A stretch of DNA of 64,000 bases from Macrostomum hystrix (taxonomy: Eukaryota > Animalia > Platyhelminthes). The stretch is from the NCBI GenBank assembly GCA_950097015.1, contig CATNEN010000038.1:19778001-19842000 (forward strand), written 5' to 3'. The notes under the pieces are model-generated. The model was given only the letters and a program-made list of their open reading frames with translations. It was not told the origin of the DNA and ran no database searches. Position 1 is the first letter of the stretch, and the number at the start of each line of letters is the position of its first letter. Shown here in pieces: positions 11,820-24,764 of the stretch. The position numbers were made by a program, and so were the translations under genes.

Positions 11820-12137
11820 ATAATAATTACTGGAGGGCTGCTGCAATGGCACATCATTAGGTGACACCAGACCCGCAGTGAGCGAGGAGGCTATTCTGCC
11901 CATTTCGCCGACTCTAAAAATACACATAAACACGGATACCGAACACAGGCACACGCTCGCACAGGTGTGTACATCTGTCCTTACATTCTCATTGTTAGGC
12001 AGTGTATACTTTCACTGTGCCTTGGCCCTCAATGGGCCATTCCACGGTTGCGGAATGAATGTGGCCTCACCGTGGAATCGAGCTCAGGGACCTTAGTGCG
12101 AGAGGCAAACGCGTTAACCGCTCTGCAACTCACCCCT
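11820..12137 (-). mobile_element. tRNA-derived SINE family A, near full length
   Basis: The minus strand begins GGGGTGAGTTGCAGAGCGGTTAACGCG (A box), has GAGCTCGATTCC (B box) and ends in an (ATT)n tail. Confidence 0.8.
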
Positions 12138-13723
12138 GATACCATAATGATTGGGTCTCATAATTTTGACGTAGAATAATGTTTTTATGAAGTTTTTTCC
12201 TGTTTGAGAAAAATACTGTTTGATTCTTTTCGAAAAAAACGTCATAGTGATGTTCAGCTGACTCATTCGTCAACAAAAAAATTCGTTCTAATAAGAGATG
12301 GCACTGAAGATTGGCCACAGTTATGGAGAATAATGAATCATGATGCTGATCAGGGGAGATGCTATAGAACGGTTGCATTCCAGCAGCGCGGACAGGTAAA
12401 CACCATGGTTTCCATAAAACCGGAATATGAAAGCGAAATTAGAAATTCAATGGAAATGCCGGCGCACGCATTATTAAACGGACACAGTGGCTAACCATAT
12501 AGCCGAGGGTCAAGTGCTATTGCGTCTATGGAGACACAGCTAGTTGAATGAAACAGTTGTGTGTATACAGACTGAATGCTAAACTTTCTGGCCCTAGCTG
12601 AAGGCATCGTTCTGGGATTTGAAATGGACTGGTTGCCACGGGCTGTTGTACAGGGAGGGGATAAGATCGAGTTGGGGTTGGGATGGAAGTCGTCGAGTCT
12701 TTCAATTAACTTCACTGGGTCACAAAGCGACCTGCGTGTGTGCTGTCAGCTGTTGCAAATTCTGTTTAGGCGATGGCCTTGTGCAATTAATAGATGATTT
12801 TTCCAATTTTTCATATTATTGCTTCTAAAGCAGATTGTTTGCTATTTTTTGAAACCTTGAATAACCTTATTCGATATTATAAAATAGAATTCAGCTCCTG
12901 TAGTAGCTACAGAATAGTCCGTTAATTGAAAAAATCCATTTCCACTTGAAAATTCTCTCGGTGAAATTAAGGTATTTCTAATAAGAGGATTCATTTTGGC
13001 TAGCTAGTAATTTCCAAAATGTAATCAAAACAAGCTGTCTAAAGTTAGTTTCACAATAAAGTCACTCGTATTGAAGAACCGATGTCGAATTTCGTATTAA
13101 AAAAAGGTGTCTGCTTTACTCGTAACTTTATAGTCCCATTGCTGATTGGTATAAGTCGTTTTAGCATTTCATTGCAGTGAAATGAAGTAGGTGTACTTTT
13201 GTATTTACTGCACATGGAGACAACAGGAATAAAAAACACCAAAAGACACAGAAACTGGGCCCTACAAACAGAGCAGCGTGCATGCGAAAAAGTTTATGAA
13301 AAAAAATTATTTTCATAGAAGCTTCAATTCCAAGAAAAGTTTGAAAGTTTTATCCGAAGATCCTGTCTGATGAATAGAGAATGAAGCACGCATGTAGCAT
13401 AAAACGGCAAGACTGACTGTCGATAAAACGCATTTTAACTTTTGAACGCTTGGTTTTGTGACTGTTGATCGCTGTTCTAGCCGAAATAAAAATTGGAGAT
13501 GAACACGCGAAGCATTCTTTTTTAATAATATTCCAAGAACGACGCTATTCAATCTAGCTCGTAGAAAGTTAGGCACTGTCATAAAGCCATGATAAATAAA
13601 TGGTTTTGCATTGCGTTTTGCGTTTTATGTACTTAAAATTGATTCTCTAGAGAATTTTTTGTTGTGCAACTAGGCAACTAAGCACAATTTGAATAGTTAT
13701 GCTTCAGTTCGCGCCTATTAGAA

Positions 13724-14941
13724 TCACATTCGGTACTTGGCAATGGGCAGAATGACCATACAGACGCACACGTTGGTCAGCGTCAGGCCGATGTACAAGG
13801 TCATAAAAAAGCAGTCCTGCCGTTGGAGGCCCCGATTGCGACCGCTTCGCAGTCGGCGCTCTTTGATCTTAGTCACCATGCCGTTAGAATCCTCGGTGTA
13901 GTAGGTGTTTGGCGTGTTGCCGCCCGTGAAGTTGTTGCGAATGGCCAGAAAGGTGAACAGTATTAGGAGGCCCATCTGCATCATGATGTAAATGCCTAAC
14001 AGAGGAATCGTCTGCATAGACTTGGGCGCGCTAGAGCTGGTAATCATCACGTAGAGTGTCATGGTCAGCAGGATGGCAATGGACATGCTCACCCGGTCCC
14101 CAGCCTCATCTGCCAGGAACATGAGGCAGGCCATGAATGACAGCATAAAGAATGGCACCACAATCACAAATATGTAATAGTATGGCTTGCGCCTGACTTC
14201 AATCTTGACCTCGAAGTAGTCCCACATTTGGTTCACATTGTCGTCGAAAAAGTTCTTCTCCTCGATGCTGAAGCTGATGATGTCCCATTCGCTGACGAAC
14301 TTGGAGATGTTGGCCATGCGTATGTTGCTCTTGGGCAGGTGAATGCGGTAGCTGCCTCGGTAGCTGGTCCACGGACCGAACTGGAAGTCGCACTTCTGTG
14401 AGTCGAACGGGAAAAACATGACGTCTATGGGACAGGCGACAGTAGTCACCAGGTGGTAGTAGATGTACACAGTGCCGTTCGGGTACACCAGAGCTTCCAC
14501 AGCTTTCAGCAGACGGAAATCAAACTGGTTCTCCTTTTTTGTATTGCTCAAGCCAACGTCCGGTATCCAGATTTGGTCGGCGGGCACCTTGATGACGTTT
14601 AGATCGCCGTACTCGCTCGCGTTCCACACGAGGCGCGGATCGAACCACAGGAAGGCCGTCCAGACGCCGATCTCTAGAATTTCATTTTCATCCAGGCCGT
14701 AGAAGTGCAATATCTGGAAGCTCATGTTCACCTGCGATGCGTTGCTGCCTATGGCGGGATAAACGTAGCGCCCGTTCTGGCCAAAGTTAGCCAACAGCTT
14801 GCTGATCAGACCAGCTATTCGGTCTTCCATGTCGAATGTGTGTCTCTCTGCAACTGAGCCAGAAACTGCAGGCTGGGGCTTAATCAGCAACAGCAGCAGC
14901 AGCAGCATCAACGGTGTGCTAACCAGTGCAGTAAATTGCAT
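13724..14941 (-). CDS. Intronless Cys-loop ligand-gated ion channel subunit, nAChR-like non-alpha type
   Basis: Signal peptide; WFDPRLVWN and WIPD motifs; Cys-loop CPIDVMFFPFDSQKC; RRKPYYY before M1; four TM helices; no vicinal CC in loop C. Confidence 0.93.
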   Translation of the reverse strand: MQFTALVSTPLMLLLLLLLIKPQPAVSGSVAERHTFDMEDRIAGLISKLLANFGQNGRYVYPAIGSNASQVNMSFQILHFYGLDENEILEIGVWTAFLWFDPRLVWNASEYGDLNVIKVPADQIWIPDVGLSNTKKENQFDFRLLKAVEALVYPNGTVYIYYHLVTTVACPIDVMFFPFDSQKCDFQFGPWTSYRGSYRIHLPKSNIRMANISKFVSEWDIISFSIEEKNFFDDNVNQMWDYFEVKIEVRRKPYYYIFVIVVPFFMLSFMACLMFLADEAGDRVSMSIAILLTMTLYVMITSSSAPKSMQTIPLLGIYIMMQMGLLILFTFLAIRNNFTGGNTPNTYYTEDSNGMVTKIKERRLRSGRNRGLQRQDCFFMTLYIGLTLTNVCVCMVILPIAKYRM

Positions 14942-15879
14942 TTCAATTCACTCAGCTAAAGGTGCACTAAGAGAAGAGTTCGCTAGCGGAAATCTCAAAA
15001 TCTTGCCCTGCAGCCGCGAGACTTTTATTTTCTCTTTTTTTGCTGCATTAAAACACTTCGACAGCCAACTGGAATCTCCATTCCCACCCTGCTCGCTCTT
15101 TTCTCTTCCCCTTTCCCGCCCTAATTTCGGCTCGCCAATTGCAGCGATGCGGAACAAATCAAAAGTTTGCTCCCTGCTCTGCTCTGTTTCCAAGATCCAA
15201 CCCACAGCCTATTTCCCTTGGCCCATGGATAAGGCATGTGCTTGGAACATCTGCCAATATGCAGCAGCTGCTTCCTATGCTAACTACTCCTACACACATT
15301 GTGTTTGCTCAGAATATCAAAAGCGTGCCAACCAGCACTTTCAAAATCGCGTTCTCCCAACGTTCATAAACAACGCAATGCGCATTTATAGTGACAACGC
15401 GAACGAACAAAAGCAACAAAAAATACAAGAAAATCTGCCTGAGCACTGCTCAAATACTCCCCGGCAGTGATTTCAAGGCACAGTATATAATGTGGATGTT
15501 TGCAACCCACATTGATCTCAGCTCTGTGCCGTGTTTGCCAGTGTGGTGAGCACTTTAGATGCACCGATTCTGAGTGCACTGGTGGGGGTGGAGAGAATGG
15601 AAAATTTGGGAGAAAGTTTGACAAGCCTGTAAGGATAAGAGCAGCTAAAGAATGTCGGAGTAGAAAAAACAGGAGCGTGTAAGCTAGTTCTTGTGGGAAA
15701 GCTATATACAGTGACATGATTTCGCAGCTGCGATGTCCCACAGATGATTCCTACTAATATAGCGGAGTAGCAGATGCGGCTGTTCCCAAACTGTAGTTTT
15801 TAATCCCCTTTTCTTGCGCAGAATTTTTTTAATATTTTTAGTTTTTCCTATTGTTTAGAGTGTTTCTTTCTAGAAACGA

Positions 15880-16000
15880 CAAGCCCCTAAGTCTTATGTC
15901 CGCGGCTGCGACCCAAATAAATGTGGCCCCGCCGCGGAATCGAACTCAGGGACCTTGGCGCGAGAGGCAAACGCGTTAGACCGCTCTGCCACTCGACCTC
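15880..16000 (-). mobile_element. SINE family A, 5' (tRNA-like) portion
   Basis: GGAATCGAACTCAGGGACCTTGGCGCGAGAGGCAAACGCGTTAGACCGCTCTGCCACTC is shared with the other copies. Confidence 0.75.
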
Positions 16001-16735
16001 CAGGCCGATTCCCTAAGAAGTGATAAATTATCCCGCAAATCACAGTAAAAAGCGGCAAATAACCCCCCTGACTCCCACCCTTCTGTCTGGCTGTCTTTCT
16101 TTTGTCAGAAGGAGTTCAGATCTGTCCATTATCATTAAAAGCGCCCAGCTTCGATTCGATAAATTAGCTAATTGGCTGTCTCTATAGATGGACGTTTAAA
16201 CCTGCTAGCCTAAATTAAATTGTTTCATTGTGAACCCAATCACTTTTTTCTGACTTAATTCATTGTTCCCGAATATTACACATGAGCTCTTATTGAAATT
16301 GCTGCGAACCAAATTGTTGGAGAGGCATTAGTTGGAACTCGCTACCCCTAGAAAATTGATAGCTGAATGGACTTAAGTTCTCCAAAAGGGTTAGCTAATT
16401 GCAGCTTCAGTCAAATTGCTTTCATTATAAATAGTAGCCTTAGTAGACTTAGTAATTGGAACAAAGACGAGTTTATTAGTCATACATACATGTGTTAGAC
16501 TTAAAATGGAGCTGAAAGGATTCATAATATTGCGAATAATTTTCGTAATATAGTATTTACTTGCAGTTTTTTTATTCTAAATATTCAGTTTGGGTCGTAG
16601 CTACTCATGTACTCGTACTCAAGTAAGTGATCAAGTAAATACGAAATTACATCAGTTACTAGAATCTTAAAAGTGCATTAATGCACTCGTACCAAAGGGC
16701 AGAAGTACGTGAGTATCTAAGTACTTGAGTACATA

Positions 16736-17238
16736 AGTACGGGAGTACGTAAGTACGGGAGTACGTAAGTACGGGAGTACGTAAGTACGAAAGTACGTAA
16801 GTACGAAAGTACGTAAGTACGGAAGTACGTAAGTACGGGAGTACGTAAGTACGGGAGTACGTAAGTATGGGAGTACGTAAGTACGGGAGTACGTAAGTAC
16901 GGGGAGTACGTAAGTACGGGAGTACGTAATTACGGGAGTACGTAAGTACGGGAGTACGTAAGTACGGGAGTACGTAAGTACGGGAGTACGTAAGTACGGG
17001 AGTACGTAAGTACGGGAGTACGTAAGTACGGGAGTACGTAAGTACGGGAGTACGTAAGTACGGGAGTACGTAAGTACGGGAGTACGTAAGTACGGGAGTA
17101 CGTAAGTACGGGAGTACGTAAGTACGGGAGTACGTAAGTACGGGAGTACGTAAGTACGGGAGTACGTAAGTACGGGAGTACGTAAGTACGGGAGTACGTA
17201 AGTACGGGAGTACATAAGTACGGAAGTACGTAAGTACG
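16736..17238. repeat. 16-bp minisatellite (AGTACGGGAGTACGTA)
   Basis: Read directly. Confidence 0.97.
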
Positions 17239-18223
17239 TTAGGTTATGTACATATTTAACTATTTTCTTGTTAACTGAAAAATGTTAATTAAAAAATTGA
17301 ATAATTGAATATAGATAATAAGCCATGCCTTATCTAGATGTGGATGTGGATGTGGAGCCAGATGTGGAGAAACTGCGGGATTTGTTTAACTGAGCAGGTG
17401 GGTGGTGATTATAGTTTTTTATCAAAGTTACCGACCTTATTTGCAGATTTAGCTACTGGCTGGACTGCATTATGAAATAGGATTTTGATACTCAATTTAA
17501 ACACATAAACAGAAAGTTTGCCATATTTAGGTGGTGAACTTATTATAAATTTGAGCATAATTCCAAAACAGACTCCACGCAAACGAAACAATATGTCTTT
17601 TGCAAAAACTAATTTAATTAGCTAGAGAGCTACTAGTAGAAGTCCTTCGTCTATTTGCTGGCTGCTTACTAATCTATTTTTCATCATCATCATCTCGTAT
17701 ATACACTCATAGAAGTTTATTTAAACTAACTCGCTTCGATTCAGACGTCTTGGATTTCAGTTCTCTGTTTATTTTTATTTTATTTGCGATGGCAAAGCAT
17801 TGTTTGTTGCGCGGCTACGCCCTCGAACTTGAGGTATAGGAAGCAGTGTAATAGAGAATAAGAAAGAGAGCAGTGAGTATTGACTTTGGCTTCACAAATT
17901 GAATGAATTCGCACATGAAGCACGCACTTAGACTCCAACTATTAGCTCACACTCAGCAGTGCTGCAATGAGAGCTAATTAATATTTGCCCGATGCAAACT
18001 TGCAGTGAAGTTTTGTTGCAACAATACGCGTACAATACTACTCATTGTGAACCAGCCGTAACAGCCGTAAAAGTGACCAGCCGTAAACAGCAAGGTATTC
18101 AATTGGCGAGGAGCAATTAGTGGGAGGCACACAGCGAAAACGCGAACTCCAAACCCAAAGCAAGCAACGAACAAGGCCGGAAGGCTGGTAACTAAAACAG
18201 AACAGAGACACCCCTGGCAAAAG

Positions 18224-18600
18224 TCACAGCAGCCTCAGCAGCCTTTCCCACAGGGGAAACTGGGGGAGATAACGCTGCACAGTCTCACTCCTCAGGTCAC
18301 CAATGAGCATGATGTCCGACACTGGAAGGCCTAGCACAGACACCCAGGTAGCTTCTCCTCGTCGCAGACTGTGCGCGGAGTAAAATTTTCGTCGAACGCC
18401 AGCTGCGGCAAACTTGTCGCGGAGAAAGCGATCCAGGTGCCTCCCAGTCAGCTGGCGTGAGCCGCCCATTCCTTTGGCCCAGAGCGGTGACTCCGCTGAC
18501 TGCAATCCGTTGACGTGGATGTGCCGCTCGACTGCGCTCACCGAGCACAGAGCTTGCCGCCGCGCAAACCTCGGCATCAGTACCAAGTGCCTTCGCCGAC
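18224..18600 (-). mobile_element. Tyrosine-recombinase C-terminal fragment of a DIRS/Ngaro/Crypton-type element (degenerate)
   Basis: YSAHSLRRGEAT...IGDLRSETVQRYL matches the YR H-x-x-R...(W)...Y catalytic region. The fragment is 5'-truncated and no RT is seen nearby. Confidence 0.75.
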
Positions 18601-19375
18601 CTCGGTGTGTAGGCGGCGCTCGATCATACGAAAAGTGAGCTGTTGCTCAAACTCAGAGCACTTGCTCAGCTCTGAGCACTTGCTCAAACTCCGAGTAGGA
18701 GCATTTACTCATGAGCAATTGCTCACTTTATTCATACGGCCTATTGTGGATTTGGTTGAAAAGGCGGTAGCTCAGACATTTGAAGTTTCGAAACAAACAA
18801 ATAATGTACAATAAACTTTTGTGGATGGGTCATTTCTGTCAGACAATAGAAATCATTTGAAGAAACTCGCGTAATATGCTCAGCCTACACTTCTTGCAAT
18901 TTAAGTAAAAAAACATCTTTATGTACACGATCTGAGTGCAAAATTTAAGAATCTGCATTGTAAAAGATTGGTAAGATGAATACAAGAAATGGTATTCAAC
19001 TGTTCTTAATGCATGCATGTTCTAAATCAACAGGCTTACGTTTCTTACTTTTTAGCGATTAAAAAATGTTTTGAACTTAAATTAGAAAATATAATCCCAT
19101 GGTCTACCAAATTCTCACATGTATACTAGTAGTAATTCTAGCAGTTATTAGTGCCTGTAAAAGCATAAATAATTATGTACTTAGGCCTTGGTAGCAGGTC
19201 AATTCTGAGAAATCTGCTTGACAGAAAAGACTGACAATGTTATGTTTACCTTGGTCTACACCCCTCCGCATGCAGTCGATCAGTTTGTACCTGTGTAATT
19301 ATAGCATCATACTTAGGCTAACGAATTCTCTCAGATTTCTGTACAAATGGTTCGCAGATATCAGATGGTCTAAAG

Positions 19376-22300
19376 CTATCGCGGCTTAGCCAGTGTGGCT
19401 CTGTGTTGGCTCTGTAACTCTGCATGCTTCCTCGTCAGGTCGTCGATTTTTTCCCGCAGCTGCAGTTCTGTCCGCGCTTTCAGCTTCATTTTCTCCGCGT
19501 AGTCTGCTGAGACCTCCCTCTGGCTAGCTTGCAGCTGCGTCAGCTCCAACTTCAGCCGACTTCGCTCCTGTTCAGCCTCCCGGATCACATCGTCAACCAT
19601 CCGGTCATTGTCTGTGCAACGCTGCAGCAGCTCGGCTTCGCGCTGCCTCAGCCTTGTCACTTCTTCTTGAAGCTGTCTGAGATTTGTGGCGTCGCCTTCC
19701 ACTGCCGGTGGTCTGCGCAGTTTTTACGAAGCACGAGATCACCAATTTACAATTCAAATAGCAAACAGAACAGAAACAGAAATTTTTACTGCAAATTAAG
19801 CTAATTAAGTTAATTTTTGACGCAAAGTTTAATAATATTTAACACCAAGACCAAGCTTACACCAAGACCAAGCTTACACCAAGACCAAGCTTACACCAAG
19901 ACCAAGCTTACACCAAGACCAAGCTTACACCAAGACCAAGCTTACACCAAGACCAAGCTTACACCAAGACCAAGCTTACACCAAGACCAAGCTTACACCA
20001 AGACCAAGCTTACACCAAGACCAAGCTTACACCAAGACCAAGCTTACACCAAGACCAAGCTTACACCAAGACCAAGCTTACACCAAGACCAAGCTTACAC
20101 CAAGACCAAGCTTACACCAAGACCAAGCTTACACCAAGACCAAGCTTACACCAAGACCAAGCTTACACCAAGACCAAGCTTACACCAAGACCAAGCTTAC
20201 ACCAAGACCAAGCTTACACCAAGACCAAGCTTACACCAAGACCAAGCTTACACCAAGACCAAGCTTACACCAAGACCAAGCTTAGACCAAGACCAAGCTT
20301 ACACCAAGACCAAGCTTACACCAAGACCAAGCTTACACCAAGACCAAGCTTACACCAAGACCAAGCTTACACCAAGACCAAGCTTACACCAAGACCAAGC
20401 TTACACCAAGACCAAGCTTACACCAAGACCAAGCTTAGACCAAGACCAAGCTTAGACCAAGACCAAGCTTACACCAAGACCAAGCTTACACCAAGACCAA
20501 GCTTACACCAAGACCAAGCTTAGACCAAGACCAAGCTTACACCAAGACCAAGCTTACACCAAGACCAAGCTTACACCAAGACCAAGCTTACACCAAGACC
20601 AAGCTTACACCAAGACCAAGCTTACACCAAGACCAAGCTTACACCAAGACCAAGCTTACACCAAGACCAAGCTTACACCAAGACCAAGCTTACACCAAGA
20701 CCAAGCTTACACCAAGACCAAGCTTACACCAAGACCAAGCTTAACCAAGACCAAGCTTAGACCAAGACCAAGCTTACACCAAGACCAAGCTTACACCAAG
20801 ACCAAGCTTACACCAAGTTCCAATCTTCATCTCGAACTTCTAGAAGCTGCCGTTTTCGACTCTCCAGCTCATCCAGAAGGCTGAGATTTCTAGCAGCCAT
20901 ACTCTTGAATCTCCTGCTCAAATGTTGTAGTAAAACGCAAATGTCCAGTATAATAAATAAACGTATTAGAGTGAACTTAGCTCGTAGAGTATAAGATGCT
21001 TACTCGGCGTTTTCTAGGCTAACTTTTTCCGTCAGTTCCTGCAGTCGTTTCTTCAAATCTGAGTTTTCTGCCTCCAATTTCGTACGACTGAAATGTAAAT
21101 TGAAAGTCCAGATTTATAATAAAAGTGTTTTAATCCATTTTCGGTGGTATAGTGAGAATGGTTTAGCCATTAAAGTAAGGTTGAATTGAAAATATAGAGG
21201 TTGAACTGGCAGGACTGACGTTGGCTTGGTCGTTGGTTATTGCATGGTCATCAGGAGTGAAGTTCGCTTGGTAGGAGTGAGGTTGGCTTAGTAGGAGTGA
21301 GGTTGGCTTTGTAGGAGTGAGGTAGGCTTGGTAGGAGTGAGATAATTTTAGCATGAGTGAGGTTGGCTTAGTTGGAGTGAGGTTGGCTTGGAAGGAGTGA
21401 GGTTGGCTTGGAAGGAGTGAGGTTGGCTTGGAAGGAGTGAGGTTGGCTTGGAAGGAGTGAGGTTGGCTTGGAAGGAGTGAGGTTGGCTTGGAAGGAGTGA
21501 GGTTGGCTTAGTAGGAGTGAGGTTGGCTTGGTAGGAGTGAGATAATTTTAGCATGAGTGAGGTTGGCTTGGAAGGAGTGAGGTTGGCTTGGCCGGAGTGA
21601 GGTTGGCTTGGCAGGAGTGAGGTTGGCTTTGTAGGAGTGAGATAATTTTAGCATGAGTGATGTTGGCTTAGTTGAAGTAAGTTTGGCTTGGAAGGAGTGA
21701 GGTTGTCTTGGCGGGAGTGAGGTTGGCTTGGCAGGAGTAATATAATTTTAACAGGAGTGAGGTTGGCCTGGTAGGAGTGAGAACTTAGATAGAATCTAAA
21801 AGTCCGCTTTACCAGGCCTTAGCCTCCAAAATTTCAGCTTGAAGCTGTCGAATGCGTTCATTAGCCTGTCTGCCAGCTTCTCTTTCGTTCTCCAGCTCTG
21901 CTTTTGCATTCTGTAGCTCCTCCGATGCCACATCTTCTTGAAGTTGAACTTTGTTAAACTCCTCTTGTCGGGCCAACCGCCTCTGCAGCTGCTCGAGCTC
22001 TTCTAAGCGAGCCAAAAATCTGGCGCGCTCGGTATCCATGGCAACCTGGTGGCGCTGCTGCAGCTCTCTAAGCTCATTTCTGTGCCGAGCTCGCTCGGTT
22101 TCCAATGAGACGATTGAATCTGCTCCTTGATCCCTGAATCGTCGCGTAAAGTTCTTGAAGTCGTGAGAATGTAGCCCACTCATTATCTAAGGTAGTATAT
22201 TGGTACTATATCTAAGGTAATATATATATATTATATTTTATAATGCATTCAATGCAAGTCGGCAAGAAAGACTTTTAAATTATCGCATGGTGTTTGACTT

Positions 22301-23788
22301 CACAGAAGTCAGAAATAAAAGGTACACTGCTCTGTTTATCTTGTCAAATTTAACCCTTGTGCAATGCCACACCTAGACTTCAATGCGCAAAATACATGAC
22401 AAAAATTCGGATCAGGCTGTATGCCGGCTAGAATTCTTTCTTCAGTTTTCGTACATTAACGAGCGTTAATATGCGTAAAACTTTGTGCATAAATACTAGC
22501 CTATTTACAAGCTTGACGTAGTCCATTGTGCACGCACCATCCGATGACCCATGAGTACAGACAAACTCACAACTCATTCGCATCGTCAGACAGTGTACAC
22601 TCTCACTGTCCCTTCACTCGTTAATCCAACATTAGTGAGGCCTCGCTGTAGACTCGAGCTCATTGAATTTAGTTTGCGGGGAGCTGCTCAGACGTTTTAC
22701 TGCTAAGTAACCTCTAAAATATACTATAATTTCCGCCAATATCGTTTTATGTAAACAATGTTATATTTAATTCAAATTAGTGCGCACTCTGTTTAAGCTC
22801 GCAACATATAAGAATAAGATATTCGGCTTTTTCTGTTAAAATATATATTGAAAATTTCTATGCACTATGCGATTTCTGCATAGAAACTTCCCTGAGCAAA
22901 ATTTTAAATTACATTTGTGTTTAAACCAACTTTAATTAAACTGAACCAACTTCGCGTATAAATTGCTAACTTAAAGGTTTTGTTGAATAGATACGCCACA
23001 GGTTTGCAAGCACAAGTATATAATAATAATTGCCAGTGAGGAGGCAATTCTGCTCATTTCGCTGACTCCTTAGCACACACGAACACGGATACCGTACGCA
23101 GACATACCCCCACACAGGTATCTACATCTGCTCTGACTTTCTCATCGTCCAGGCAGTGTACACTTTCACTGTGCCTTTGAGCTAGGGTTGGCCCTCAAGG
23201 GCGTAAATTTCACGACAAGCCACCAAGCCTTCTCTTCGCGGCTGCAGCCCAAATAAATGTGGCCTCGCCGCAGAATCGATCGAGCTCAGGTGCGAGAGGC
23301 AAGCACTGTTGACCACTCTGCCACTCACCCCCCATAAGCGTAGTTAATACGTTGAGCTTTTATAAACTATTCAGTGGGTTAAATTTCTAGATAAAAAATG
23401 CGATGAGGGCCGTCTCCGCAACTCGCTCTGATTGACCTGCCCTACAAAGGGCCCCTATAAACGTCTGGCTTGTGTAAACAATAACCAACTTTCATTCTCA
23501 CATTTTCTTATTGTCCCTAATGTCCTTTGAAACTGCGAAGATGACGTCGCGCAGAGCTTCCAGTTTCGTCCTCTGCCCCTGCAGTTGCTCGCGCATCTGC
23601 GTCCATCTCTGCGATGTCATGGCGACTTGCTCGATTAGTTGACGTGGCGTCTCATCCAGCGCCTGTTCAGCGTCTTTCGGGTCCGATGTACTGCCCTCAT
23701 TCTGGTGGGAGTCTGAAAACTCGGGTACTTCTGGTAGAAACTCAAACTTGTCCTGTTGTCTATGCGGCTGCATACCTGAAGAACTCAT
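19376..23788 (-). CDS. Coiled-coil protein; exons 23788-23502, 22133-21813, 21087-21004, 20913-20812, 19712-19376
   Basis: All four introns are GT-AG and phase 2. The frame is continuous to TAG at 19376, with E/Q/R/L-rich heptads. Confidence 0.8.
19842..20817. repeat. 17-bp minisatellite (ACCAAGACCAAGCTTAC; gene-sense GTAAGCTTGGTCTTGGT), about 57 copies
   Basis: Read directly; 17-aa ORF period. Confidence 0.97.
21250..21781. repeat. 20-bp intronic minisatellite (GGAGTGAGGTTGGCTTGGAA)
   Basis: Read directly. Confidence 0.93.
23020..23333 (-). mobile_element. SINE family A copy (a weaker fragment lies at about 22550-22660)
   Basis: (TAA)n, GAGGAGGCAATTCTGC...CAGTGTACACTTTCACTGTGCC...CTCTGCCACTCACCCCC. 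Confidence 0.8.
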
Positions 23789-24416
23789 TTGTATGACAGT
23801 TGCTCACAAGGGCAGTTAGTTTAGATTCTCAGGTTAATGCTGTCTGCGGCCTATCCTACGCGTCTTCTCATTTGAGCGCGTTTTTAATAAAGGCAAATTA
23901 TAACCTCGGCTAAATAGAAAACCTAAACCAGAAAGTTCTTTAATTGTCTTTAACCCCGCCCTTTCTGCTGCAGTATAGAAATGGTCTAAACGATGCTTAA
24001 GACCAACAGCTTTGAGTTCTAGCGGAATGCACAATTGTACTCGTACTGGAGCGATGCGAAAAAATATCTGACGCAGTTGACAAGAAATGAATCATAGGCT
24101 AAAAATATTTGACTAATACTTGTACTAGCTTACTGTTTAGTAGAAATACGATTACTGCATCTTAATGGTCACTTCATTGGTTTCTATCTTAAGCCTAGCT
24201 ATGCTATACTACTCTACTCCATTGGGACACCTAAAGAGCTAGTCGACAAAATACTGGCCTTAGCCTTCGAGCAACCTGGTTAGCAAAAATATAATAATCT
24301 TAACTAACTACCAACTACGCGACCAACTACAATATACGAATATTGATAGGCTGCAGAGGGCTGAAACGATGTAAAACGTCGAGGCGCGTAGCGTATATTA
24401 TTAGCCTAGCCTAGTT

Positions 24417-24764
24417 AGTTAGCCTAGGCGTGTTGAAACGAGGTTGAAACTAACGGCAGCCCGCCCGCTGCTGTTGTCTATGGTCGAATTCCATAGTTGT
24501 AGTTAGCCTAGGCGTGTTGAAACGAGGTTGAAACTAACGGCAGCCCGCCCGCTGCTGTTGTCTATGGTCGAATTCCATAGTTGTAGTTAGCCTAGGCGTG
24601 TTGAAACGAGGTTGAAACTAACGGCAGCCCGCCCGCTGCTGTTGTCTATGGTCGAATTCCATAGTTGTAGTTAGCCTAGGCGTGTTGAAACGAGGTTGAA
24701 ACTAACGGCAGCCCGCCCGCTGCTGTTGTCTATGGTCGAATTCCATAGTTGTAGTTAGCCTAGG
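24417..24764. repeat. 84-bp tandem array: 4 identical units plus a fifth interrupted by the P element (continues at 28480-28550)
   Basis: Units start at 24417, 24501, 24585, 24669 and 24753. Confidence 0.95.

Noticed and set aside
14799-15470. 223-aa plus-strand ORF
   Set aside because: It is antisense to the start and upstream region of the Cys-loop gene and has no protein-like features.
24417-24764. CRISPR-like look (GTTGAAAC motifs in regular repeats beside a nuclease-like gene)
   Set aside because: The units are fully identical with no variable spacers, the context is eukaryotic, and the neighbour is a THAP/P transposase, not a Cas protein.
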